DNA from: Felis catus
Lineage: Eukaryota
DNA: 64,000 nucleotides
Assembly (NCBI RefSeq): GCF_018350175.1
Contig: NC_058368.1
Span: 197,534,001 to 197,598,000, forward strand
Reading direction: 5' to 3'
Shown here: piece after piece, positions 24,769 through 37,593 of the stretch
How positions within the stretch are numbered: the first letter of the stretch is position 1
How the letters are laid out: every line of letters starts with the position of its first letter
Position numbers and translations under genes: made by a program
Notes under the pieces: model-generated
Databases searched by the model: none
What the model saw: the letters and a program-made list of their open reading frames with translations, nothing else
What the model was told of the DNA's origin: nothing

Positions 24769-25217
24769 TGTATTAATTTCCTAGGGCTGCCATAAACTGG
24801 GTGGCTTAAAATAACAAAAATTCTTCGTCTCACAGATCTGGAGTCTAGAGGTCCAAAATCAAAGTGTCGGCAGGATTAATTCCCTCTGAGGACTCTGAGA
24901 GGGAATCTATTCCATGCCCTTCTCCTGGCTCCTGATGGTTTTCTGGCAACATCTGCTCTTCCTTGGCTTGTAGATACTTCGCCCTGATCCCTGCTTTCAT
25001 CTTCCCGTAGCTTTTCTCCTGTGTGTGTGTGTCTGTTCCTCTGTACAAAGCTCCTCTTATTACAAGGACACAAGCCATATTGGATTAGGGCCTACTCTAA
25101 TAACCTCACTTTAACCTGATCATTAGCAAAGACCCTGTTTCCAAATAAAGTCAAATTCACAAGTACTGGGGGTTAGGATTTTGACTTCTGTGGGTGGACA
25201 CCATTCAACCCCTAACA
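24769..25217 (-). mobile_element. MaLR solo LTR (MLT1C-like)
   Basis: tgtattaatttcctagggctgccat...gggtggcttaaa...ttccaaataaagtcaaattcac...attcaacccctaaca; 5-bp TSD-like AGTAC/ATTAC. Confidence 0.88.
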
Positions 25218-25882
25218 ATTACCTTTCCCGCCTCAAATAGTAACCTCGAGCCTTCCCTACAGCCAGGCCAGAATATGTTCTCTTGGCTCTGACTTCCTTG
25301 GAATTAGATTCACGGATCCCAGATACTATGAGCCCATGAACACAGCCCAAGATTCCATTTGTGTTTCTGGCAGTCACCTCCCATCATGGGGTCATGTTAA
25401 GCTTGTGGTCAATTAAAATGTCCAGATTTCTTTCATAGTAGTTGACAAACCAGTTCATCACGCATCTTAAACATCTCATTTTGTGAAGCTAACTACCAAA
25501 TTTTATACAGAATATTAAATGATCAATCTTTGAATGCTCCAAGTTAGTATTGGGAGAACTTGAGCTATCAACAACTTTAGGTTCATCAACAATTTCTTTA
25601 GTTGCCATTTCTTCATGGCCCCAAGACCCAGCTGGAGGGCTCTTCTGTCCAGGTGATTGGTCCCATTAGTCACAGGCCTTTAGGTCCCTGTGAGAGAAAT
25701 CTGTTCCATCTCTCTCTGGAGCTCACTTATAGGGTCTCCTCAGGCACAAACTCTGAAGGTCTCCCTGGAGGGCTGTAGGACTGGGGTGAGTTGAGTGAGG
25801 CAATTTCCTCACGCACAAAAATTCATGCAAATCTATCCATGAGGAACAACATATAAAATTTTTAGATAAAGACAGGATCCAA

Positions 25883-26099
25883 CAGGGCCCAGGATTAGGG
25901 TGAAGTGAGTGAAGTGAATCATGTAAGTGTAGCATCAGACCCTGTCTTTATTTAGAGTTTGGATATTTTGTTCATTATGGATATTTTGTATTAACTTTCA
26001 TTTTCAAATATTGCACGAAAATCTTATTTATCTTAGTGCCTCCTTAGCATTTGCACTTGAGGTGAATGTCTCACTCAACCCACCCTGGTCCTGGCTTTT
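25883..26099. mobile_element. MER96B-like hAT MITE
   Basis: Inverted termini cagggcccaggattagggtg ... caccctggtcctggc; internal gaccctgtctttattta...gatattttgttcat. Confidence 0.7.
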
Positions 26100-26984
26100 G
26101 GGCATGGATTCTAGTGGAGTAGAGTGGAGTCTGGGACCAGCCTCCCAACTGGGAGTCAGGGGACCTAACCCCTCACCCAAGCTCTTCTGTTAATTACCTG
26201 GGCAGCACTGAGTAAATAAGTTACTTCCCTTTTCTGAACCGCAGTTCTTCCAAATGCAAAATTGTGTGGGTAAACTCCGTGGTTTTAAGGTAAAAACTAA
26301 TCATAAGGCTCTGTGATGCTAGCCAGAGCTCTGGCTGGAGGTCAGGAGACTTCCTCTTCTGATCCTATCTGTGCTACTCCCTGACTGTGTGACCTTGGGC
26401 AAGTCCTGCCCAATTAGACACAGACAGCCTCCTTATCCCTACTAGTTAGAGTACAATTGAAATGATCTGCAAGCCTCCTTTGAGCTCTGTTTCCCTGATC
26501 CTTTTACCGCTTAAAGGCAAACAAGAACATTCAAATACCATAAACATTACTGGCAGCGAGGCGCCAGTTATAAGCAACCATTTTTAACAAAGGGACCTAC
26601 TCAAGAGCAAAGTTAGCTACTTGGCAAGGTATCAGGAAGCCTTTTCTACAAGGAAAGAGAATCCAATGTCAAACTATTGTTTAATTTTGAAACACCCTCA
26701 TTAGAAACTTGAGCTTCTGTATTTTGCTGTTGAAGAGAAAATTACGGATCAAGGTACTGATATTTTTCAATGGCATGTTGGCATTTAATCCAGTGACGTG
26801 CAAAGAGCCCTCCGTGTGAGGGCTGTGTAACCTTGAGAATGGCTTCCTTCTAGATGCTCCGGCATTCTTTCTCACCTGTGATCTGCCCATACGGTTGCTG
26901 CAAAAAAACAGGGAAGGTGTGAGTATGTGTGAACGTGAAGTCTAAAGTCAAGAGTTCACATAAGTAATAAAATCTCATTCGCAG

Positions 26985-27440
26985 TTACTGGAAGGCAATT
27001 TGAAAATGCGTATCAAAGACATTTAAAATGACTCAGTAATTCAACCTCCCGGTATTAGACCCCGGAAGTAATTAAGAACACGGACAAAGATGTAGTTGCT
27101 GTAGATTTATTTCAGCATCTTTAGAGTGAAAACAAAGAAACAAAGCAACCAGCTTAATGGTGCAATCATAGACGATTGGTCGGGTATATTGTAATGTCTC
27201 CATATAATGGAATATTATGCAGATGTAAACGATGATTTCACGGAAGCGTATTTGTTGACATGCACAGATACTTAGAACATATCGTTAAATGAAAATTACA
27301 AAATAGCATATATGCTACAAGCCCATTTTTGTAAAAATATGCCTGGCTTATCTCTGGGTGGTGGTATAATATGCTTTCTTTCTTTTTCCTTTTCTTTTGC
27401 TTACTTGCACTTTCTGTTTTTTCTGCAATGAACATTAGAG
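26985..27440 (+). mobile_element. Ancient L1 (L1ME-like) 3' fragment
   Basis: ctggaaggcaatttg...gactcagtaattcaacc...catataatggaatattatgcag...tatctctgggtggtgg...tctgcaatgaacat. Confidence 0.65.
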
Positions 27441-28987
27441 GACATAACATTTTAAACGGATATCATAAAAAGAAGTATAGATACATTAAGAAATTGCCTT
27501 TTTTGAAAATAGTATTGGTCTCACATTAAAAACAAAAAAAAAAACCCAAATATCAGAGGAGGTTACGATATATATTTTTTAATTTTATTTTTAGGAAATG
27601 ACACTTCTGGAATCTTGCTCTGGAAGATTATTTTCATTTTGCCCTGATTTTCCTACTCGATAGTCTTTTTCCCAGCCCTCTGCATATCCTCATTCACTGA
27701 TTCGATCATTCACTCCTTCATTGATCCTGCCAGCATTTACTGAACACTTACTATATCCCAGACAGTGGGCTAAGTCCTCTAAGCGCTCCAGTACGGACAC
27801 ATAATGATCGCTTGGCCCCTAGTTCTAGTCCTTCTCAATTTCCCCAGCACAAACTTCAACCATCTTCAGAGCTCCTAGCGTTGGGGTCACCGTTCCACTC
27901 CACGCCCATTTTGTCGTTGTTCTTCTGATGCTGCCCGTCCCCTCTCCCCACAAATCCCACTGTGGTCGAGTTCTCCATTTTGTTCTTTCCCCCTCACTTC
28001 CACAACCAGAGCCCGGTGCAAACACCAGGCACTTCCTCCTCCGGGTCACCTCACTCCAAGCTTTTCATGATCCCTATCCATAACATTTTTGAACATACAA
28101 GCCCAACGTGTATACGTATAAATCATATGACATGTGCCACGTTCAATGTATTAAAGATCAGAATAAGAATTTCCTTGTGGGTTCTTGGAGCAATACAAAT
28201 ACAACCAACATCATCATCCATTCTTCCCACCACCAGTGGGTCATCTGGCAAACTCCCTGGAATGCGTGCGCGTCTACAGTTCTAAACGGAACGGCAGAAA
28301 TGACCTTCTCAAGTTATTATTTGTTATAAACTTCATCAAACTCTGCTAAGTTTACATTAGCCTCATATTAACCCCGAATGCCCGATCCCTGGCTTCAAGG
28401 TCTATTACTTATTATACCCCTGTTTTCATCTCCAAATAGGTCTTAGCTGGTTTTAAGCTGAAGTCCTTACACGGGGGTTTCCCAGCGTGCGTTTGATGTG
28501 AAGGATCCTGCGGTCAAATAAGCTTGGCGAGTGCTGGCAGCTTCAGCCTGGTCTGGGAGAGTCCGGGCGTAAAAGAACACCCTGGAGTTTCTGAGGAGGC
28601 CTCCAGGAAAGGGGTCTGGTTACCTTTTCTGGACAGAGTATTTCCCGGGCGGAGTCAACTCTTTCTGGTATAAAGTTTATCCCCACACCTTGAAATAGTG
28701 TTAACACGAGGTACTTCCGGAAATGCTAACTCGCACAACTTACTGACTTCTGCGTCACCGTCACGTACGTATTTACCACCGCCAAGAACGGCTTCCTCCT
28801 TGCTGTAAGCCACACTGTCTGGTCTACACGGGGATCCATGTTCACTCCTCGCTCCTTAAGAAAATCATCTCAGATGAACCATCATCACAAGCCACAAAAC
28901 CCCAGTTGTTTTCAAAACCACCCGGTGTCTCAGGGACTGTTCTGTGTCATAATCAGTCACAGAGTGGTCTTTTAAAAGCATAGATCA

Positions 28988-29207
28988 GGGGCGCCTGGGT
29001 GGCGCAGTCGGTTAAGCGTCCGACTTCAGCCAGGTCACGATCTCGCGGTCTGTGAGTTCGAGCCCCGCGTCAGGCTCTGGGCTGATGGCTCGGAGCCTGG
29101 AGCCTGTTTCCGATTCTGTGTCTCCCTCTCTCTCTGCCCCTCCCCCGTTCATGCTCTGTCTCTCTCTGTCCCAAAAATAAATAAAAACGTTAAAAAAAAA
29201 AAAAAAA
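28988..29207 (+). mobile_element. Young felid Can-SINE (SINEC_Fc-type)
   Basis: Near-consensus body, pure A-tail, perfect 14-bp TSD AAAAGCATAGATCA (28974-28987 and 29208-29221). Confidence 0.97.
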
Positions 29208-29603
29208 AAAAGCATAGATCATACATGTGATTCCTCCGCTCAGAACCCTCCAGTGGCTTCCCAAAACATGCGGAAGAAAATACAGACCCTTCAGAGCTCA
29301 AAGATCTGCCCCTTCTGCTTCTTCAACCTAAGCCCCATCCCCGTCTTATGTCTTCACAGCCCCACTGAACTTTCCTCAAAGATGCCAAGCTCATTCCTGT
29401 TACAGGGCCTTTGCACTTGCTCTTCCCTTTACCTGGGATGCTCTTAGCCCCAGACCTCCCATGGCTCCCTCCCTCCCCTCCTCCAAGTCTTCGTCTCCTA
29501 TTGTCTTCCCAGTGACGTCATCCTGGACTTCCGGACCTCAAGCGACACTTCCTTCCCTGGCTACTTTCTGACTCCAGCTCTGCTACTTCTTCTTCGTAGT
29601 TTT

Positions 29604-29825
29604 TTTTTTTTTTTTTTTGCAACGTTTATTTTTATTTTTGGGACAGAGAGAGACAGAGCATGAACGGGGGAGGGGCAGAGAGAGAGGGAGACACAGAATT
29701 GGAAGCAGGCTCCAGGCTCCAAGCCATCAGCCCAGAGCCCGACGCAGGGCTTGAACTCACGGACCGCGAGATCGTGACCTGAGTCGAAGTCGGACGTTTA
29801 ACCGACTGAGCCACCCAGGCGCCCC
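29604..29825 (-). mobile_element. Young felid Can-SINE
   Basis: Antisense body with a long T-run; TSD TTCTTCGTAGTTTT (29590-29603 and 29829-29842). Confidence 0.96.
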
Positions 29826-30057
29826 TTTTTCTTCGTAGTTTTACCACTACCTACATTACGTCATATAATCTTGGGTCATATAAGATCCAGGAGGGAAGAG
29901 AATTTGACTGCTTTCTCCACCTTTATCCCTGGAGCCTGGAACAATGGCTGGCACATACTAGAAATTCAAGAAATGTTTGCTGAGTAAGTGAATAAATAAG
30001 CACATTCAGTCAAGGTTCAAATTCTGGTTGTTTGCATGATTTAGTTGAACAACTGGA

Positions 30058-30192
30058 CCTCTGTGCTGACAGCGTGGAGCTTGCTTGGGATTCTCTCCCT
30101 CTCTCCCTCTCTCTCTCTATCCCTCCTCAGCTCATGTCCACGCTCTCTGTCTCTCTCAAAATAAAATAAACTTAAAGAAAAATAAAATAAAT
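30058..30192 (+). mobile_element. 5'-truncated Can-SINE
   Basis: ctctgtgctgacagcgtggagcttgcttgggattctctc... followed by an A-rich tail. Confidence 0.85.
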
Positions 30193-32914
30193 AGGACCGC
30201 CTGATTATTTCTGTTACTAGGCTCACCCCAATAACCCAACTACTGGATTGTAAATTTGAGAAGAAAGCAATAGTATTTTATTTCCTAGTCCGTGGCTCCT
30301 AGACATACACCCTGGACTTTAAAACTGAAATCCCTTGTCGACTGGTTCCTTCTAGTTCTGAGTATCACAACTCACCAACTGCTTTGAAATGTATCACATT
30401 CCTTGGAGTATTTCCGTTTGAGAGCAATGAAACCCCTAGTGTGCTTTTTCAAATTATTTTTCAAGGCAAAATGCGATTCTAAACTTCAAATACGAACTTT
30501 GCTCTTTGTAGAGAATGTATACAGTTTCAACGGCTTCTAAATATAGCTGTAGGTACCACTTGTTATTGTTTGTATTGAATTTAGGTCATATCCTGATTCC
30601 CAGGCAGTGGGACAAAGGCGCCGGGAATGAGGAAGCCTTGGACGGCACATTCACCTGACTTTTAGAAGGATTGACGCTCGCTTTCAGGATTCCGTAGGTC
30701 TTGAGTAAGTTTCGAAAAAAGTAAAGGGGATGAGAGGCCTTAGTAAATATTGAGTTGACTTCATCGGCGAGCAGAAATGTGCCCGGCTCAAGTATTCACG
30801 TGCGGTGTGACAGTGGGCAAGTCACTTATCCTTCTGCAAAATGGGTATAATGGTAGTACCTCCTGAATGGAGCTATGATGAGGATCCAGCAGGCAACACA
30901 TGGGAGATGTGCGGCCCAGGGGTAGACACCATTCTCTCATTTGGTTGTTTTCCTAGCACAAAGTCCGTTGCCCAGCACATAATAAGGATGGAGATACGTT
31001 AGCTAGTAAAATTCGTAACTCCGATAGCTCCTTTTTCCTGAAGCTTGCAGACTGATTCCTTACCAATCAATCAATGCACATGTTCTGAGGGCCTTTTCTG
31101 TACCTGGCATTCGATTAGGCATTGTGAGGGGCCACGTGGACAGATGAGAGAAGTGTTTGAAATGCTTATCGCTCAGAGAGGACAGCATAAATGTATAATA
31201 ATGTGATTTGTAAACCGGGCAGACACGGAGCATTGAAAACTGACTGGAAATGATGAGAGACGTCTGGATAAGTCTTGCCTGAAGGATCAGTGCCACCTGC
31301 CATGCAGGAGAAGAAAGGGTTCTTCAAGGATGGCGCACGCGGGGTGGGGGGGTGGGGGGCGAAGGGGGTAGGATTGGAAAGGGAGCTGTGGGGTAACGGA
31401 GGGGGGTGGTTGACAGCGTGGAGGGCAGTGAGATGTGCCAGGAGAGGCAAAGGCAGGGGGGCAGTGTGGGAAGAATCATGGGCCTCGGGGGACTATGGGT
31501 GAGTGGCAGGATTCCAGCCTCGGCGGCCTGGGGTGGAGTCTGGGGTGGTGGGGTGGGAGGGTCCAGGAAGAGGAGCAGACATAGGACAGAAGAGAAAGAA
31601 GGCGGAGAGGAAGGGCAGCTCGGGGACTGGGCTCCTGGGGAGGGTTGGAAAGGGTGAGGAAATGGAAGATTCGCCTTTAGAAAAAAGGAGATGTGTGCCC
31701 AGACATTGGAGGAGGGTTGGGAAAAGACACCACCAATGACTGAATCCCACGTGCCTAAAAGCACACTGAGAGCAGATATCATGTAATGTGGCCTTGTCAA
31801 ACGGCATCTCCTTCAATCCTCACGGTGGTTCTATGAGAGCTGTCCTTTGTGGCTTATATAAAAGGCCAAGTTGCTCGCTCAGGGTCACACGGCCCTCAAA
31901 AGCAGAGCCTGGATTTAGAACTCAGAGGGTCAGACTCTGGAGCCCACTCCCTAGACCGTATCCTGTTTGGGTATCTGCAGACCGGGGACCCCGATGCAGG
32001 AGGGACGCTGGGGGCCTCCCCCCAGTTAGCTCAGGAATAAGTCACAGGCTGAGGGGAAAACCGGGAAGTGGGGTTGGGGAGAAAGGAGAGGGCAGGGTCC
32101 TGCAAGGGTGAGTTGCGGATTTAAGGAAAGAAGAAGTCCAGAAAAAGCACTGTGGGAAGATCTGCCGGGGAGAAAAAATGAGAAACAAGAGGCCTGACTC
32201 AGAACCTCACGAGTTGCTGTTCATGGGTGCAGAGAAAGTCATTCGAGGTGATCCCTGGAGGCACGCGGTAGGCTTTGTCCTCTCCACCAGGGCGGAATGG
32301 TGTTCCGGGGAGGAGTTTTCCAGCTCCCTCCACCAGCCCCATTGCTTCTCTTTCTCAGTTGGTACCTCTGTGCACGCTGGTCTTTGCTTAGGCGGCCCTG
32401 AAGTTGTGGCTGTCTGGGCAAGCCGGGCGCTCAGTGGGGCTGAGAGGCCGACCAGAGCCAGGTTCAAGCCCAGCCCCTCCGCTTACTGGCGGTGGAGCCA
32501 GGGGCCAAGGGCCCTTGTGCCTGTTTCCACAACCACCCAGGCAGCTCCGGCCTCAGAAGAGGGTTGTTGGAATTAGACACCCTCGCTAACGTGGGCGGCT
32601 GCACCTTCCCCAACGCATCACAGCCTGAGAAGGGTGAATTACTACACTGAACACAAAAATGAGAAAAAAGAAAAGATCTAAACCACAGCTATTGGTTAGC
32701 GTTGTGAAGAAAACCGTGCTCAAAAAAACTATATAAACTGTAAAGCTTTAGGCATTATGTAGGTATTTCTTACTATTATTACTTACTGAGGGCCACATAA
32801 TGATTTTACCCTACAAGCATTTCTATCGTGCTCCGTGACCTTTTTCAGCTTTAGCTGAATGACACTTAGCAGTGTAGGCTAAGTGCTTTTCAACTTACAT
32901 TATGTCATTTCATC

Positions 32915-33235
32915 ATTTTATATAGATATTTAAAAATTTTTTTTAAATTTGCATTTTAGTTAATATACCGCGCCATATTGGTTTCAGAAGTAGAATTCAG
33001 TGACTCATCACTTACGTACATTTCATCGCTATTTTTTTAATATTTTATTTATTTTTGAGAAAGAAGCGGGGGGAGAGGCAGAGAGAGAGAGGGGAACAGA
33101 GCATCTGAAGCAGGCTCTATGCTGACAGCAGCGAGCCCCATGTGGCGCTCGAACTCACGAATCGTGAGACCACGGTCAAGATCGTGACCTGAGCGGAAGT
33201 CGGACATTCAACTGACTGAGCCACCCAGGTGCCCC
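32915..33235 (-). mobile_element. Carnivore L1 3' stub (~32915-33018) plus Can-SINE (33031-33235), both inside an antisense MIR
   Basis: Minus strand gtaagtgatgagtcactgaattctac...ttaactaaa is an L1 3' terminus; SINE TSD TACATTTCATC (33017-33027 and 33236-33246). Confidence 0.88.
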
Positions 33236-36021
33236 TACATTTCATCTTTAAAGTAAGCCTATCCCGTAGGTGCTTGTATTACTACCATATAATGGAGGAG
33301 GAAACTGATGTTCATATACAGGATGTGATTTTTCTCAAGGCCACGCTGAATTTCTACCTCCAAACTTGTCTTTTTTTTTTTAATGTGACAAATTCTTCAC
33401 CAGCCTCCCACAGAACTGTTGTGTTAGTAAAATAACAGAGTTAATTATGCCTTGTGGTCATATGAAAAATGCTGGTTGGGTGTGGGCTTTGGGAAACCAG
33501 AGCGGAGGACAGAGGAAATCCAGATGACTTGGCCTTGATCTTGGCTCTGTCCCCTCGGGTAAGTCACCTAGCCTTTCTGAAACTCCACTTCCACTTACGT
33601 ATCATCTCTGACCCTTAGCTTCTGAAAATACAGAATGATCATATTTACTCATGGGGTTGTGATGAGAATTAAAAGGGATCGTACATCTGACCATTGATCG
33701 TAGCTTAAAACGTGCTGAATTAATTATTAACTACTTCGTCTTTTACTTCATGCAACCCATCACTATGCATTCACAAAATACCTATTTATCTTTAATGCAA
33801 GGAGGACTCCTCTCTTGCCAGCGTGTCATAGATTTCATAAAATCCCCTAAAGTCTCAAGCTTGGTCTAGTGGTTAGAGAGCACAGACTGAGTCAGAAAGT
33901 CTGTGCCCAAAGTGCGTCACTCTCGAGCTAGCATTTTGCTTCAGTAAGAGTCAGAGCTGGGGAACAAAGACGACCCACCAGGAGTAGGGGCTGGGGATAG
34001 GGCTTCTGCTTTACGGAAAGCAGGTCTGCAAAGATTAAGTGGTGTTTCACTGGATGATTTGTTTCAGTTTATCATTGCTTCTCATATGTCCATGGTTCCA
34101 ACTTCTTTGCTCCTCGAAGGATCTGCTCTTGGAAACATCAACCATACTTGCTCTGTGCCCTTGGCCAGGTGTCTTCCCCTCTCTCACCTCATTCTCATAC
34201 GTTGAGTGATGGGATTGTGTCTGGTGTCCCTAAGGTTCATTGTACTTTGGCCTTCAGACCCTCTGGGATGGAGGCTGGAGACTCAGGTGTGTTCTTTCTG
34301 TGCCAAGGAGAAAGAATGACATGATCATCACACCCATCTCTTCCTGGATCCTGAGACATCATCCCGTAATTTCTGACTGGCTCCCAGAGCAACTCATGCC
34401 AGCCAGTTGTTTTCCATCCTGACTACAGTTCAGCAGTTCTCCTGGTGTGAGGTGTTAGTATCGAGAGATTTAACGCTTTCAAGGGGGCCAAATATCCCAA
34501 GGGCCACTTGCTTCTTCAAGGCCCCAGGTGATAGCTCGGGAGTCAGAGGGATGGATGGCTTTGACTTCAAACAAAACCATTTGTCAGGAATCACTTCCCA
34601 TTTATGGCTGGTGGCTGTGGTTACCAAACAGACATACATGGACATACATGGAATTGTATTTTTCCCTCTCACTCTCTGTCTCTCTCTCATTTTTTTTTTA
34701 ATAGCGAGGTGGGGCCATTGTGGGATTAGCTTAGAGGTATGAGTCACTGGGTTTAGGACATGTTTCTATTTGTCTTAGCATTTTATTATTATTATTGAAG
34801 TATGTGAGGCCCTGTGGATACTGAGCCCTAGCTCAACCACCTTTCCTCCTCCAGATGGCCTCCACGTTCTCCTACATATCACGAGCATCATGAGGAATGC
34901 CTATGTAGCCATTCAGTAATGGAGGGCACGCCTGTTGAATTTGGGCCCGGAATTCTGCACACCTCAGCAGTTTGTGGGTCCATAATGGTTGAAAAGATTA
35001 GAGAAGTTTCAGAAAGAGGCAGATGGGGAGAGCACTGAGTTGGGAACCAAGAGTTTCAGCTTGATTGCTAAGCATAATATAAATTGGGCCAATAATTTTG
35101 CCCTTTTCAAAAGTAGGGTGATTGGAAGAGGTGTAGAAAATTTAAGTTCACCTAGTGTTCCAGAACCAGTTAGCCTTTAGTAGCTGTCTGATGTGGTACA
35201 CTGAGAATTATGGGGCATGGTTGGGGCCCAAGGGAGGAGACCCTCTGGGAAAGGGACAGTACTGGGGCTCTGTGTGCAGAGTATTGGGCTTGATGAGCAA
35301 TGTCTACCATGGGTGCTTGGGGCAAGAGCGTCAGGGGAGTAGAGTGTCTGCCATTAAAGCACTGTAGGATCTCTAAAGTCTCATCTAGCTCCAAACATCT
35401 CATAGTTAGGAATGAAAGAAAATAAACTTGCCCCAAATCTGTCACCACTCCAGAAAAAAGTGTGTTCCGAATACTTTCTACTATAAACCACAAAAAACAC
35501 CTCCCATCTCCCATCTCCCTCGTCCCCAGCCCCTTCCAGATCTTGGCTCACGTTTGGGGCACGCATTTAAAAGGGGTAAGAAATATTGCCAGTCATAAAG
35601 TTGAGGCAGATTTTTGAGAAGCTTAAATGATGTTTGGGCGCAGGCAGAGGGAGGCAGCTTGACAGATAAAAGATGTAGGAGTCTTTATTAAACACAAGCT
35701 CCAATAAGCCAAACAGAATTTTTGGGCTGCTAAAAAGCTGAGCTAATCTCCAGCTAAATTAATAGAAGTATGATGATGGTAGAATTTCCCCCATCCCCTG
35801 GCCTAGCAAGTCCACATTTGGACAATGATACTCAGCTCTGAGCATCACACTTTCAGGATGGTGGGATGTTTAGAAGCACTTGCGATGACACACAGCTGGA
35901 AGACTGGGGAGAAGAGGAGAATTGGGGAGCCACAGGTGACATTAGTTTCCCTCTGGGTACCTCTCATCTCTGCTGTCACTGCTCAGATCCATTTTCTCCT
36001 TCTAGATGGGATTCCTCCAAA

Positions 36022-36400
36022 GTAACATAGGTTCGGTTCCTAGGAAAACAGATTCTACAATGAAGATTTCCTTGGAAGGCTGTTGGGAGCAACAGCTGTG
36101 GAGGAGTAAAGGAAGTAGGACAGGATGGGGGAGAAGTTAGGCTGCAGTGCTCTTGGAGCAAAGGCCTTAGCCCACCCCACAGGGGGTTCTGGAGTGGGAC
36201 AATGCTTCCAGGTTGTCCTGGATTGAGCACAGGAGCCTGGTCTTTATACCTCTGTATTAGCCAGTCTGGATGTGGATGGCTGCACCCAGGGTGTGCACAA
36301 GCATGGGCATGGCAGCTCCCTCTGCCCAGGGGAAAGACTCAATTGTGAGCCTTCGACGAGCAAACCTCATGGCATTTGGGGGAGCACCTGTCGCCGTATC
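36022..36400 (-). mobile_element. ERVL LTR16-like fragment
   Basis: taggttcggttcctaggaaaacagattct...ccttagcccaccccacagggggttctggag...tctttatacc. Confidence 0.5.
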
Positions 36401-36974
36401 GGTCGTGAATCTCGTGGCACATCTGGTGGTTCATCACAGCACCCACTGCAACAAGGCCAAAGACATGGCCACCAATGGCTCCCAATTTATATTTTTGTAG
36501 CCCTATGACTTCAGGGAAAAAAAAAGATTCTCAATTCTGGCGTTAGTTTTAAAAAGTTTTGGAGAAGCACTCTGCGTAGATTGGGTTGGATCACCCACCC
36601 TGGCCAGAAGTTAAGAACTGATCTTGAATCTCGTTGACCACTGTGGCAAGGTGGGTGGAGCTGATTAGCAGAAAAAAGGATGAAAACACTGCTACGAAGG
36701 ATAGCCACCAACTTTTGTCTCCCCACCTGTCCTGGGAACGAGTTTGCTCATTGGTTCTGTGTAGCATCAGAGGGCTGAAAGAGTGAGTTCAGCTCCGTGG
36801 AATGTTGGTTCTTTTTTGGTAAGTAAAAATGCTTTCTGTGGGGCAGAAGCTTCCATAACTGGAAGCATTATAGCAAAGGCCACAATGTCTCTCTCTTTCC
36901 AGTACTCTGTAAAGAGGTTTCCTGTATTTGGACTGCGTCAGAATCAAATAAAGAGCTTTGAAACTCTCCTGATT

Positions 36975-37100
36975 GCTGGGCTCTGTCTTTAGAAATTCTG
37001 ATTCAGTACGTCTGGGGAGCAGGGTTGACCCCAGGACTCTGTATGTTATTAAACCTTCCCATTTGATTCCCATATGTTGCCAAGTGTGGGAACCCCAGCA
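36975..37100. mobile_element. MER5A-like hAT-Charlie fragment
   Basis: agaaattctgattcagtacgtctgggg...ccaggactctgtatgtt...ccaagtgtgggaacc. Confidence 0.55.
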
Positions 37101-37264
37101 TACGAAGCAGACAGCGCTCTGGGTAATTGTGTGTTTGGAGCACCAGAAGGAAGTGTGGGGAAGAGACAAAGGAATAGTGTCTGCTTGTCACCCTATCGCC
37201 CCTTTCACCCACAGGTAGTCTATGAGCCATCTCTGCGGAACTTGACTGAAAATCCACTAGAGTA

Positions 37265-37361
37265 GAGGTGCCTGGCTGGCTCAGTGGGTAGAGCATGTGA
37301 CTCTTAATTTCAAGGTCGTGAGTTCAATCCCCACATTAGATGTGGCGCCTCCTTAAAAAAA
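37265..37361 (+). mobile_element. Short tRNA-Lys-derived carnivore SINE (not a functional tRNA)
   Basis: gcctggctggctcagtgggtagagcatgtgactcttaatttcaaggtcgtgagttcaatccccacatt resembles tRNA-Lys(CTT) but is degenerate and A-tailed. Confidence 0.8.
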
Positions 37362-37372
37362 TTTCCGTTAAC

Positions 37373-37593
37373 GGGGCGCCTGGGTGGCACAGTCGGTTAA
37401 GCATCCGACTTCAACCAGGTCACGATCTCGCAGTCCGTGAGTTCGAGCCCCGCGTCGGGCTCTGGGCTGATGGCTCAGAGCCTGGAGCCTGTTTCTGATT
37501 CTGTCTCCCTCTCTCTCTGCCCCTCCTGCGTTCATGCTCTGTCTCTCTCTGTCCCAAAAAAATAAATAAACGTTTGAAGAAAAAAATTAAAAA
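37373..37593 (+). mobile_element. Young felid Can-SINE inserted in the A-tail of the preceding SINE
   Basis: TSD AAAAAAATTTCCGTTAA (37355-37371 and 37594-37610). Confidence 0.95.

Larger units (their letters stand above)
28950..29995 (+). mobile_element. L2 LINE remnant interrupted by two young SINEs
   Basis: aaccctccagtggcttccca, cagggcctttgcacttgct...acctgggatgctctt, and a 3' end gcctggaacaatggctggcacata...gaaatgtttgctgagtaagtgaat. Confidence 0.75.

Noticed and set aside
3496..34747. Scattered AP-1 sites TGA(G/C)TCA (e.g. 3496, 4593, 16348, 16434)
   Set aside because: The number noticed is close to chance expectation for a 7-mer in 64 kb.
37270..37345. Possible tRNA-Lys gene (a similar sequence lies at 47191-47270)
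   Set aside because: Mismatched stems, SINE-type 5' leader and A-tail; a tRNA-derived SINE rather than a tRNA gene.
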